Shown here: positions 1 to 11,646 of the stretch, one piece after another
How positions within the stretch are numbered: the first letter of the stretch is position 1
Layout of the letters: every line of letters starts with the position of its first letter
DNA from: Eledone cirrhosa
Lineage: Eukaryota
Assembly (NCBI GenBank): GCA_964016885.1
Contig: OZ024742.1
Span: 173,414,001 to 173,478,000 of the forward strand
Direction of reading: 5' to 3'
Length of the DNA stretch: 64,000 bases
Translations under genes and position numbers: made by a program
The notes under the pieces: generated by a model
Told to the model about the DNA's origin: nothing
Database searches by the model: none
Seen by the model: only the letters and a program-made list of their open reading frames with translations

Positions 1-1009
1 AGAGAGACGCCATACTGTTACAGTCAACGGGGCCTTCTCACATGAAGCATCAATAACAAGCACAGGCATCCCAGTACATATAACATCCCTATCCTGAACC
101 CAGCTGATGCAATTCTTTTACAACAAGATCTGGATGCGATGTATAAACGGGCTGATGACAGCAACATTCATTTTAATGCTGGAAAATCTCAAGCCCTACG
201 ATATCAGCTTGCAAACACAAGGACAGTACAACACAGCTACACCGGGCCAGAAGGGATTAAAATCCCCGTGTCGAAACCGATACGAGACCTGAGTACAGAC
301 ATGAAGATAATGCATCGTTTCATTGACACATCATGAACATGCCGATAATGTGCAGACGGCTCGCTAGCTGGATCTTGAGGCTGTTCAAGACAAGAGACCG
401 AGACACCAGTTGATATATGGAGGACATTTGTCCTAATACACTATTGCTCCCAGCTGTGACCCCACATAGTGGCAAACTGACAATTAAGTTTGTAGCAATG
501 CAACGAAGCTACAAGAAGATTAGCACGACGAAACAGATGAGCTACTAGGAGGGCCAAACGAATTAAAACTCTACTCCTTGGAACGAAGGCAGGTGAGGTA
601 CGCAGTATTATGGATATGAAAGATACTGAAAGGAGTAGTACCAAACGTAGGCATTGAGAGCTGGAACACCCCTCGAACAGGACGTCACTGTGGCGAGCAA
701 AAGATCCCGTCTTTCATATCTAGAGTAAGGATCAGATACTGCATTATTCCAGGGTTCAAAAACCCCAAAACTGTCAGGAAAATTGAGAAATCTGCATTGT
801 GTGGACATGGAAGTTTTCAAGGAACATCTTGACACTCTGCTGTCCAGGATCCCAGATGAACCCACAGCACGGAATGAATGTAACGTAAGGGTACTCTAAC
901 GAACCACCCTCTTACATCAATGGCCAGCCAACGCAGACTGGATATGTAAAGTGAAGTATCAAGGTCAGTGCCCCAGAATGGTCTCAGCTGGATAGCAAAT
1001 GAGTAAATG
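1..1009 (+). mobile_element. Decayed 3' part of a CR1/L2-like LINE (RT thumb region)
   Basis: Broken frames read LDAMYKRADDSNIHFNAGKSQALRY, ASWILRLFKTRDR, YCSQL, KLYSLERRQ and KILKGVVPNVG. These are typical of the CR1/L2 RT C-terminus. Ends at (TA)n. Confidence 0.6.
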
Positions 1010-1324
1010 ATATATATATATATATATATATCAATATTTCATTAGTAAGAAATCATCATGCGAATGAAACAGTTTTAGTACTGTAGAAGCAATTTCTATA
1101 CGTCTATATCACATTTTGTATATACTCCACTAATGTATTTGAGCATTACACTTACTATGGTTACCCCCCACATACACACACACACTGAACCCGGGGCTCA
1201 CATATATGCATATATATATCAATTATTTGCCTGCTGACCTTCTTTTACGCCAAACGCCTTGGAAAGAACATCGCTTATACATTGCATTTCTTCCCTTTCT
1301 ATGTTTCTATGCTTTCTTCTTCTT

Positions 1325-2477
1325 ATGTGTATATTTGATGGTCAGATTGGAGTCATGAGGACTGTGGATTAACCTCTGGTCGGCCCTGGTGATGATTATC
1401 TTTCGACATCCAATGTAGCAAGCAATGACCCAGAACTTACCAGAGATAATTGTGTGTTGAAGTGATTCTGCAATCACCTTTCTTTGAGTAGACTGCAATC
1501 ACAGAGAACATTAATGTAGAATTCTCGCTCGTCGTGTATAATATTCATTTGTGGCACTCTACCTTTGGGGTTAATCACCATAATAAGAACACCTTCAGCA
1601 CAACTTAATAGACTACTCTATAGTTAAAACAATTTAAATTTTTTAAATTTTTTTAGAATTGGCGCATAACCATATAAGTTAGGGTCTATTTTGAGACCCA
1701 ATTTAATAGTTAGTAATAGAAACCAATGAGTTACCTCCCCTCATGCATTAACTCCCCTTAGCCACACACACACTTCCGGGTAGTATTTCGATGTCGATTC
1801 TCGCAACGTAACATCCTCCTGTATTGAGCCAAAGAACATCAGAATACGATTCTCTAACTGGATTGTCAAACGCCCAATATCAAATCGTCGTGGATTATGT
1901 GAGGGGCATATAATCTGAAAAATACGCTCCCCAGACTATGAAAATGTCGCAGTGCATGAATTCCATATCATCGCTTCGCTACGCATTTCCAATATTTTAG
2001 ATGCTTACACTATTTTTAATACTTATATTATTTCTCCACACACAGACTATAACAATCATATAAAGAATTCATCACCAGATAAACAACCTTAACACTCTCG
2101 ATTACCTGCTTAACTTCTTCTACTACACGTAACTCTCTGCCACACTATATAAACAAGACGCACGTGCTTGCCACACATATGACCTTTGCACTATATAACC
2201 TCTTAATTTCATGTTGTATTTTGACCTGTATTTTTGATTGTATCTTTTAATATGAACGTAATCTCTAAGTGTGTACTGCCACTCTAAATGTTATAATGAA
2301 TGTTGACCCACAATATTTGCATATGTTTCTGTATGTCTCTTGGGTGAAAACGAGGTCATATAAGTGTTCATTCAATAATAAATTGCTCCGAAGAATCCAA
2401 ACCTCGGTTTGGAGGAAACAGTTGTAAGCATAAAAATGTTTTGAACAGTTCTTTGATTATTATAATTCATAATTCAT
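1325..2477 (+). mobile_element. Diverged 3'UTR/pLTR fragment of Penelope-like family 1
   Basis: Colinear with 45610-46780 (e.g. gattatctttcgacatccaatgtagcaagc; gtgtgtactgccactctaaa; aattgctccgaagaatccaaacctcgg). Same 3' end into (TA)n. Confidence 0.9.
2384..2430 (+). ncRNA. Minimal hammerhead ribozyme, C4 variant core
   Basis: tgct-CCGAAGA-a-tccaaacc/ggtttgga-g-GAAA-cagttg-TA-agca. Confidence 0.7.
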
Positions 2478-2520
2478 ATATATCTATATATGTATATCAC
2501 TCTCTCTCCCTCAATATATA

Positions 2521-2662
<142 letters not shown>

Positions 2663-3003
2663 TGGAAAGAGATATAGATGAAGATATAGATATAGATATA
2701 CACGTATATACATATTTATAGAGGAAACCAGAAAAGGGAATCACAAAGAATAATGAAAGCATAGAAATATAGAAGGGAAGAAAGGCAATGTACAAGTAAT
2801 TTACTTTCCAAGACATTTCTTGTTATTTGTGAAAAATTAAAAGAAGGTCAGCAGGAAAATAATTGATTTCTTCAAAAACAGAATTGGATTAGAGGTTATG
2901 TTGGCAATGAGAAAAATTATGTGATTGAAGAGGAAGTAAAAGTGCACAACAACAACAACGACGACGACGGCGATGATAATAATAATAATAATGATAATAA
3001 TAA

Positions 3004-3137
3004 TTGTTTCTATATTAGGCACAAGGCCAGCAATTACCAGTACCTTACTGGTACTTTATTTTACCGACCCCGTCAGGATGAGGGGCAAAGTTAACCTCGG
3101 CGGGATTTGAACTCAGATCATAAAGGGACGTAACTCT
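3004..3137 (-). mobile_element. 5'-truncated tRNA-derived SINE with Meta-domain-like core
   Basis: Minus strand has B-box-like gagttcaaatcc and ccctcatcctgacggggtcggtaaaataaagtaccag. Flanked on both sides by (AAT)n. Related copies at 17940 and 61825. Confidence 0.8.
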
Positions 3138-3144
3138 ATAATAA

Positions 3145-3187
<43 letters not shown>

Positions 3188-5921
3188 GAGGAAACAACAG
3201 ACAAGAGAGAGCAGAGCCGTGGTGGAAGAAGCGACTGAGTGGGCAAATCGGGGAAATGAGAAATGACATAGGAAAGCTTGAGTCACTACTGAATGGGACA
3301 CTAAAAAACATAGGCACTAAAAATAGACTGGAAATAAAATACAAAACTAGGAGTAAAAAGCTAAATATTATCATAGAGGAATTGAAGCAACGCATTGTAG
3401 CAAAGAGTGCCAAAATCAGGCGATACGAGAACAGAGTCAGTCAGTATAAACAGAACCGCATGTTCGACAACAACCAGAAGATGCTGTTTGGACAGCTTGA
3501 GGGGAAAGAAAGAGGCACCGACTTGATCCCTGGGGCGGAACAAGCTAAAACATTCTGGAGAGGAATATGGGAGCAGGATGTTAGACACAATGCCCAGGCA
3601 GGGTGGATTGAGACAGTACAGAGGGAGATCGGTGAGCAGGCACAGCAACAGACTGATTTGAGTATCACAGTTGAAACTCTTAAGGGGCAAGCCAAAAAAC
3701 TAACCAACTGGAAATCACCAGGCCCAGATGGTGTGCAGGGGTATTGGATTAAACATTTAACATCCCTCCACCCGAAGCTGACGGCCATGTTCAATGACTA
3801 CTTGGTGTCGGGTGAGGTGCCAGAGTGGTTGACAAAAGGTACCACAGTTCTGATAATGAAAGACCGAATCAAGGGTAATGATGTTACCAACTATAGACCT
3901 ATCACATGTCTGCCCGTAATGTGGAAACTGTTGACGAGCATTGTGTCTGAGGAAATCTACCATCACCTCCACACAAACAACTTGTTGCCGGACGAACAGA
4001 AAGGATGCCGAAAGAAGTCACGTGGTACAAAGGACCAGTTGCTTATTGATAAGATGGTAATGGGGAATTGCAGGAGGAGACACACTGATCTTGCCATGGG
4101 ATGGATAGACTACAGAAAGGCATTTGACATGGTGCCTCATTCCTGGATCACCAAAAGCCTGGAGATCTTCAGGGTGGCAGATAACATCAGACAGTTGCTG
4201 GGCAGGAGTATGGGGTCCTGGGAGACAGAGTTGACATCAACTGGTGTATCCTTGGGAAGCGTGAAGATCAAGAGAGGTATCTTCCAGGGAGATAGCCTGT
4301 CCCCTCTGTTGTTTGTCCTTGCCCTGATGCCCTTGACCATTATGCTGCGAAAAGTGAGAGCAGGATACAAGTTGGGAAGGGGAGAGCTTACCATCAATCA
4401 CCTCCTCTTCATGGACGATCTTAAGCTCTTCGGGAAAAGTGAGAAGGAGTTGGATGTGCTTGTTGACACTGTCCGTATTTTCAGCAGTGATATATGTATG
4501 CAGTTTGGTATTGGTAAATGTGGAGTCATTGTGATGAGGAGGGGTAGGTTGAGCAGAAGTAACGGGATCCAGATACCAACAGGTGAGATGATAAAGGAAA
4601 TTGACTCTGAGGAAGGATACAAGTATTTGGGCGTTCTGGAGGCTGATGGCATAAAGAACAAAAAAATGAAGGAATTGTTAAGAACTGAATACATTCGGAG
4701 AGTAAGGAGCGTATTGAAGTCACATCTGAACAGCAGAAATGCCATAAGCGCAGTAAATTCCCGAGCTGTGTCTATTATTAGGTACAGTGCGGGAATTCTG
4801 AGATGGAATGTTGCTGAACAAAAAGAAATGGATAGGAAGACTAGGAAGCTATTGACTATCTACAACATGTTCCACAAGAGGAGTGATGTCGATAGACTCT
4901 ACCTAAGGAGATCTGAGGGTGGAAGAGGTCTTATCAGCATAGAGGACTGTGTTCAGATGGAGAAAAACAACCTATACAAATACGTGACCTATAGTAAGGA
5001 GCCAATGCTCAGAGCTGTACTGAAGGAGGGGACAGTAGGCCAGGGGATACCCAAGGAGGAAATAACATCAAGGAGGAAGAGCAGCCTTAAGGGAAAATCC
5101 CTTCATAGTACCTTCTTTGAGAAAACTGAATTTAGAGATCCACAGACATGGAACTGGTTGAGAAGAGGAGACCTCAAAAAGGCTACAGAAGGAATGCTAA
5201 TGGCTGCGCAGGAGCAGGCCCTCAAAACGAAGTGGTTGAAGCACCATATCTACAAGGAGGAGGCTAGCCCACTGTGCAGGATCTGTGGAGAGAGAGAGGA
5301 GACTGTGGCTCACATTGTGTCCGAGTGTAAACACCTAGCCCAGACCCACTATAAGGGCTGGAGACACGATGTGATGGGCAGGGTGATCCACTGGCACCTG
5401 TGCAAAGTAAACAATCTACCACATTCTGAGAAATGGTATGAGCATAGGCCAGAGGCGGTGATGGAGAACAGTCAGGTGAAGGTGCTGTGGGATTTTAGGA
5501 TACAGACGGACAAAAAACTGGAACACAATAGACCTGACCTGGTGGTTGTGGACAAAGAAAAAAGATCGTGCCTGATTGTGGATGTGGCCTGCCCGTTCGA
5601 CACGAGAGTGCAAGAGAAGGAGAGGGAGAAAATTAACCGATACCAGGACCTAAAGTGGGAGGTGAAAAGGATTTGGAACTGCCATGAAGTCAAAGTGATC
5701 CCGATTGTCATAGGCGCACTGGGGACTATCTCCAAAGGTTTCCAGGGATGGTTAAAGAAAATCGGCCCCTTCACGCTTTTTGGAACGCTTCAAAAGGCAT
5801 GCTTGCTTGGAACGGCAAGAACCCTCCGATACGTCCTGAATATCTGAGGCTGCAGGTAGTGGCTTGATATTCAATCCAACGGACTTTCCAGTTAACCAAC
5901 ATCAATGACTGAGATTCAAGG
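3188..5921 (+). mobile_element. R4/Dong-like RLE non-LTR retrotransposon, family A, 5'-truncated but uninterrupted
   Basis: (AAT)n on both flanks. About 75-nt 3'UTR shared with copies at 14410 and 26635. Confidence 0.92.
3256..5847 (+). CDS. Reverse transcriptase + CCHC + restriction-like endonuclease (863 aa; frame open from 3190)
   Basis: WKSPGPDG, NYRPITCL, IFQGDSLSP, FMDD, CRICGEREETVAHIVSEC, RHD, RPDLVVVDK...IVDVACPFD..K. The upstream in-frame EPWWKKRL motif shows it is 5'-truncated. Confidence 0.95.
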   Translation: MRNDIGKLESLLNGTLKNIGTKNRLEIKYKTRSKKLNIIIEELKQRIVAKSAKIRRYENRVSQYKQNRMFDNNQKMLFGQLEGKERGTDLIPGAEQAKTFWRGIWEQDVRHNAQAGWIETVQREIGEQAQQQTDLSITVETLKGQAKKLTNWKSPGPDGVQGYWIKHLTSLHPKLTAMFNDYLVSGEVPEWLTKGTTVLIMKDRIKGNDVTNYRPITCLPVMWKLLTSIVSEEIYHHLHTNNLLPDEQKGCRKKSRGTKDQLLIDKMVMGNCRRRHTDLAMGWIDYRKAFDMVPHSWITKSLEIFRVADNIRQLLGRSMGSWETELTSTGVSLGSVKIKRGIFQGDSLSPLLFVLALMPLTIMLRKVRAGYKLGRGELTINHLLFMDDLKLFGKSEKELDVLVDTVRIFSSDICMQFGIGKCGVIVMRRGRLSRSNGIQIPTGEMIKEIDSEEGYKYLGVLEADGIKNKKMKELLRTEYIRRVRSVLKSHLNSRNAISAVNSRAVSIIRYSAGILRWNVAEQKEMDRKTRKLLTIYNMFHKRSDVDRLYLRRSEGGRGLISIEDCVQMEKNNLYKYVTYSKEPMLRAVLKEGTVGQGIPKEEITSRRKSSLKGKSLHSTFFEKTEFRDPQTWNWLRRGDLKKATEGMLMAAQEQALKTKWLKHHIYKEEASPLCRICGEREETVAHIVSECKHLAQTHYKGWRHDVMGRVIHWHLCKVNNLPHSEKWYEHRPEAVMENSQVKVLWDFRIQTDKKLEHNRPDLVVVDKEKRSCLIVDVACPFDTRVQEKEREKINRYQDLKWEVKRIWNCHEVKVIPIVIGALGTISKGFQGWLKKIGPFTLFGTLQKACLLGTARTLRYVLNI

Positions 5922-6223
5922 AATAACAATAACAATAATAATAATAATAATAATTATTATAATAATAATGCTTTCTTTATTAACCACAAGGGTTTACATA
6001 AAGTAGACATTAAGGACAGTACAGGACAATACAGGACGGTACAAATGGGCATTTCTGCGTGTAAAAAACAAGAAACAGAGGATGTAATAATAGAACAATG
6101 AAAGAATTCCCCAATAGGGGGGAGACTTCCGAGGGACATTCGTGGAGAAAGCCCATTAAAAAGTCACAGTGACCTGACCACCAGGGCAGGTGTCCTCTCC
6201 CAGTTTTCCACCTTTAATTACAG

Positions 6224-9200
6224 ACATATACTCAGAGTAAGCCCATTCACTCGGGCCATTCTTTGCCTCTCTCACCCATCTTTCAACAAAATGCCGGGAA
6301 GAGAGCACTTCCCTCTCAACCCTGATTTTCCTTTTCAAATGAAATTTGAAAAAGTTAATAAGGGCATCACCGAAGAGGTAAATGCTCGTCTTCAGCCCTT
6401 TCAAACGTGTCCACCATGCTATCTCTTTCGCCATGGCCACCAGATAGATAAAAACTGCGTGCCCTTCCCGGCTAAAGTAAGAGGGCGAGGCAATCCCCAC
6501 GATGTACTCAGCTGAGAGCTGGATCCGTCCTACAAGCGACAGCAGGTTTCGACATAAACCCACAAGTCAGCAATGCTCGGACACTGGACGAGTGCGTGCA
6601 GGACGGTTTCGTCGCCCTGCGCGCATCTCGGACATGTCCGGCTGACGGCACCTCCATGCCTGTAGAGTTTATCCCGAACTGGCAAAGCTCCTCGGTAGCA
6701 CTGCCAGGCCAGTGATTTCTGGAAGTTGTCCATAGTTCTTCCGAAGAGATCGGCTAATTGATTTTCGTCGACGCCTAGATTTTCCCCAAGTACGTCGTCG
6801 CTCTTCCCCTCCACTAATCCTCTATAGAACGCCGAGGTGGAGTTTCCACCGATCACATTGCCAGATTGGTCGAGGGCTGTAAGCGTCTGAAGACATTCCA
6901 GTCTCCATGCGCTCCCTCTCGGTCTTCGCTTGACCCAGGGCTGCAGCTTCCTCAAGGAAACGAGCTGAGGTAAGACGCGTCTAGCAAACGGCGACCACGC
7001 CTGACCACCGTCGAGAAAGAGGTGGAGATGTCGTAGCCTGAGCGCGTGTCTGCGCATCATCATCCACGGCATGCCCATCCCTCCACGTAGCGGGTGTTGA
7101 CTGCAGATGGAACGCCTGACAATAGGAGCGCGTCCCTTCCACAAATAGCGAAAGAGCAAACGCTCCAGCGCAGTCAGGCGGGGCTTAGGACAAGGTACGA
7201 CGGTCAGGCGGTAGTAGATGACGGACACGATGTACGCGTTAGACACTTCCGCTCGACATCTTTTAGTCGATAGCTTCCTCTCCGCTCATATCTGGGTGAG
7301 AGAAGCCGCACTGCTCGTCTACTCGTCCCAGTTTTTGTCCCTCTGGAGGGGCGGACCGAACCATACCCCTAGCAATTTAACCAGTCCATCCGTCCAGCGC
7401 CCGACGACGCTGTTGGACGGCATGGACCTGCCTCTCCAGGTCCCGAGCTGCAGGCCCACTGAAATTTCCTGGTTGATAATTACTCCTGTCACCGATTCGT
7501 ATTCTCTTAGTGTAGTGCGAATCGCCTCGATATGTTTGGCGTTCGACACAACTACGGTGACATCATCCGCATATGGTGACACGGATCTTCCGCATCCTAG
7601 TTCGCAGGGGACCCCCCTCAACGTCGCCAGTTTGTGCAGTAATGGCTTGAGAGTCAATACGTACAATAGGGACGAGAGGGGACATCCGAAAGGTGACCGT
7701 TCACTCTCACCACAGAGCAGATGTCGAGTGCATGGCAGCGATCCCTCTGAAGACGGGCCCAAAGCCAGCCCCCCTCAGGACTGGCGCTAGGTAACGATAG
7801 TCGAACCTATCGAAAGCTTTCGACGGATCTAAATTGATCAAGGACCCACCCATTCCAGGTTCCCTACCTACCCTCTCCACGATGTATCGCATGAGGTGGA
7901 GGTTATCGTGGATGGATCTGTCGGGAATGGCGCATGCCTGCGCCTCTCCCACTAGACCATCAACGACAAGCGCCAACCTCTTTGCTAGCACATTGGCCTA
8001 AATGTTGTACTCTGTTTTAGCAGAGTTATGGGCCTGAAATTATCTGTTATCGCCCTTGTTCGGATCCTTTCTCAGCAGTGCCACCGCTCGTCGGTTCACA
8101 GAGCTGGAGATTCTCCCGTTCTGTTGGCAGTTGCAGTAGACGTTCGCCAAGAGGCCTCCGAACAAGTCTGGCATCTGTACGTAAAGTGCATAGGGTAGAC
8201 CATCCAAACGAGGCCATTTACCCCTTGTGCAGACAGTCATTTCCTCCCGTACTTCAGCGGCTCTTATCGGCTTTTCGCAACACTCCACCTCAGTGGCCGA
8301 GAGCCGCGGCAGTCCGTCGAGGTAGACACTAAAGTCCATCCCTCGATCCGGCCCACCGCTGCCGCCGAACAGCTGAGCGAATTGTGGCTGTAAAGCTTTA
8401 CACATTTACCCCGATCGAGTAGCATGCGCCCGTTGTGGTCCACCAAAGACACGATCGTGGCTTTGTTGTCACGATGCGCCTCCGCCACTCGGGCCCATTG
8501 AACGGCGTTCGTCCCCTCGTGTCTGAAAGCACGCGCCCGAGCTCTGCCAAGGCAGCCTTCGTGCTTTGCATTGAAGAATTGGTCAAGGGCCAATTTCGCC
8601 GCAAGTACGTCGGTCGCAATACATTTTCTAAGCGACTCGTCTAATTTTATAACTAGTCCTCTCTCTGGTCTATTTTTCTCTATTGCTAACGTCTTACTAA
8701 ACCAAATGGACTCTATTCTAATCGCTCTTTTCAGAGCTAACCTATACTTGTTGTTGACGATGGCGCCATCAACGCCCGCTTAACTAGTTCGCTAATCAGG
8801 TATCTGTAGGCCTTGCGCGCTGGTAAGGACGCGTTTAACTTCCAGCTGCGGGGTCCTCGTCTGTGAATCCTATCTAAGTCAAGCACTCAGATCACGAATT
8901 TGTGGTCCATGTAGCTGACTATCTTGAATTGTGGACGGCCTATGCTAGCTCTATCTATTTCCCTACAAAATACTCTATCTAGATATGATCTGGATGACCC
9001 GATGTGGTTTGTCCAAGTCCAAATTGCCACATTCGGGAAATCCAATCAGTACCAGTCAGACAGTTCAAAACGCCTGAGCAGGTTGGTGAGGCTCTTGCAC
9101 CCTCCTCCACTATCCGCTAATCCCACACAGTCCCAGCGTGCATCTAACATCCCGTTCCAGTCTCCCACTAACACTAAAGAGCGGGACGTTACAAGAAAGG

Positions 9201-9582
9201 TCTCCAGACGCCGGAAGAAATCAAGCCGCTCTGCTCCTGTCGGGGCATAGACGGCCACTATCCTGAAAGCTTACCCGTCTCTGCTGGTCACGTCCAGCAC
9301 CACCAACTTACCTTCTGGGAACAGGAAGATGTTCCGTATGGCGAGATCCAAACCTCTCCAAAAAAGCACAGCAACTCCTCTCCCCGATCCAGGACGGCTG
9401 GGAGATGCGTACACATCGTAGCCGCCGAATATCGGTGCGAAGGCCCGTGCTTCGGAGATTATGGTCTCGCTGATGGCCACTACATCTATGTTTAGTGACC
9501 TGAGGTTGTTGAGCAGGTGGCCCTGCTTCCATGACGACCCCAAGCCACGCGCATTTATGCCGCCTATTCTGAGTGAGGTCAT
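6224..9582 (-). pseudogene. Tx1-C ORF2 (APE-RT-CCHC), frameshifted
   Basis: ORF pieces 9271-9582, 9046-9258, 8264-8593, 8040-8405, 7707-7991, 7319-7762 and 6530-7246 are colinear with 20851-24268. Confidence 0.9.
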
Positions 9583-9616
9583 GTTGAAATGGAGTGGAAA
9601 AGATTGGAAAGACCAC

Positions 9617-11402
9617 TTACCTTACTTCTGGTAGAGGAAGGATGGTTTCTCCATTCTTTTCACTGCTTGTCGCCTCCTCCGGAAGGATGTCCTTATAAAT
9701 CCTCCTGGAGAGTGCTTGTCGGAAGTCTCCGAAGTTTTGGGGAATTTTTGTTTCAGTGTCGTGTACGTTTTCTCTTTGATGCGAGTGATTTATATGAGTC
9801 GAGGTGGTGTGAACTTTTGAAGTGTTGTGTAGTATTTTTCTGTGATGCTGGTGTTGTGTTGGATGTAGTATAATAGTTGGTTGTTGTTCAAATGTAATGC
9901 TGTGTAGTGTGTATCGTTTTGGTTGTTTTATTTTGTTTGCATTTGTTGTGGGTTTGTTTCTGTTTCGCTTGTTGGTGACTTTTGTGGTGTTGGTGATTGT
10001 GGTGTTGGGGTCAATGATTGTGATTGTGTTGGTGTTTGTAGTGATGGGGTTGGTGATGCTGGTGTGGATGGTGACAATATGTCTCCAGTGCGATACGACC
10101 TATCGCAAAATCCTCCACAGGCGTTGGTTTTGGTTGTGGCGTGGTGGATCGTGTAGGCGCTGGTGCTAGTTCTGGCACGTTGGGTGGTTGTGGTGTTGGT
10201 TTTGATACTGTTGCTGGGGCTTGAGCTGCTACAGTTGCTTCTGCTGTTGCTGCTACAGTTGTTGCTGCTATTAATGCTGCTGGTGGTGTTGATGGTTGAG
10301 TCACTGGGGTGGGTAAGAGAGGTGGCCTCAACCTTTTAGTCTGAGGGCAGAAAGCCTTTAGGTGGGTTCCTTCACCACAAACGACACACCAAAGCCTTCT
10401 ACCCTCGACGATGACGGTGAGGTGGCTGCCGTCAGTGATGTCTATTACGTCTAGGATCTCCTCAATGCTATTTTTGTCCGCTTGGATCAGGAGCTCCATC
10501 CCAGATCCCGACCAGTTCTCCTGCTTTTCTCTTGCTATTTCGATTATTTTGGTGTTGGCGTCGATGCCGGCGAGGAGAGCAGCCATTAGCCAGGGAATTT
10601 CGATGGCCGGTGGAACGTGGGTCACCCTGATCTTTACGAGTCTCTCGCCACAATAGCTTGGGACGAGTGTGAAGTCGTCGCTTCTTAATGGAGCCATGGG
10701 GTGTTCTCTGGCTTCCTGTGGTGTTTCAAAGAACACGTCCACGGTTCCATATTTCTGCCCACGTCAGATGTGGATTTTCCTTGCACACACATGCCCCAAA
10801 ACGTTTTGGATTTGGGATTCGGATGCCCGTTCCACTCGACGCGATTTTATGTTAATCGTCCGATAAGACACGGTGCATAGCCGCCGATGCTCCATTTTAT
10901 TTGGTCGGGGAGGGGGGGGGGGGGGGGGGGGGGCTGACCCTGTACCCATCTTTCTTTACCATTCTCTTGGCTTCATCTAATTCCTCCTGAGTTTGTTTCG
11001 CATTGTTGGCTTCTTTGGCAAAAGCCACGGAGTTATTCTCATTGTTGTTGTTGCTGTTGTTGTTATTGTTATTCTTAGTTTCAGTTGTGGTGGTGATGGC
11101 GTCAGTTGTGTTCGGTGTGGAGGAGTCCGTTCTGGGTGAATATATTTCGATGTCACGAGATAATTTATTTGTTTTCTTTTGTTTCTGTTGTTGCTGTGGT
11201 GGTATTGGAGGTGGCAGTTTCAACACCTGCTATCATTGCTAATGGCGGGAAATGAATGTCTGCATGAGATAAATTTAAATATTGCTACTGCTTCTATTTT
11301 TAGTGTTAGCAGACGTAGTAATATTTACAATGGTGGTGTTGTTAGAGGTGTTAGTTTGTGAGGAAGGCTCTAAGTTGCTGTTGTAGCTGTGAGTCGTCCA
11401 TG
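9617..11402 (-). pseudogene. Tx1-C ORF1 type 1 (gag-like CCHC knuckle), disrupted
   Basis: Pieces 10897-11226, 10764-10949 and 10011-10742 are homologous to the 710-aa ORF1. C-terminus TILPLPEVR*. Start uncertain. Confidence 0.8.
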
Positions 11403-11615
11403 ATTTTTTCGAAGACATTTTTTGTTTGATAATTATAAAAGTTTAAATTTTGGGCTCAAGGCCCCAATCCTTTTGAGTGTCCTTTTCAGAAAGCAATGTA
11501 TGTGGACTTCTAAACAGTTAACAATAAAAATGTTCCATAAATGGCAATTTTAAACAACTGAAAACAACAAACCTTTGCGGAGCTAACGATTATACGATTT
11601 CCTACGTAGGTCGCC

Positions 11616-11646
<31 letters not shown>

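Larger units (their letters stand above)
5970..11615 (-). mobile_element. Tx1/L1-clade LINE, family C, apparently full length, decayed (ORF1 type 1)
   Basis: Fragments of APE (MTSLRIGGINARGL, VGDWN), RT (PYADD) and C-terminal CPRC..ETVLHALVQC. ORF1 has a CVVCGEGTHLKAFC knuckle. (AAT)n on both flanks. Confidence 0.92.
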
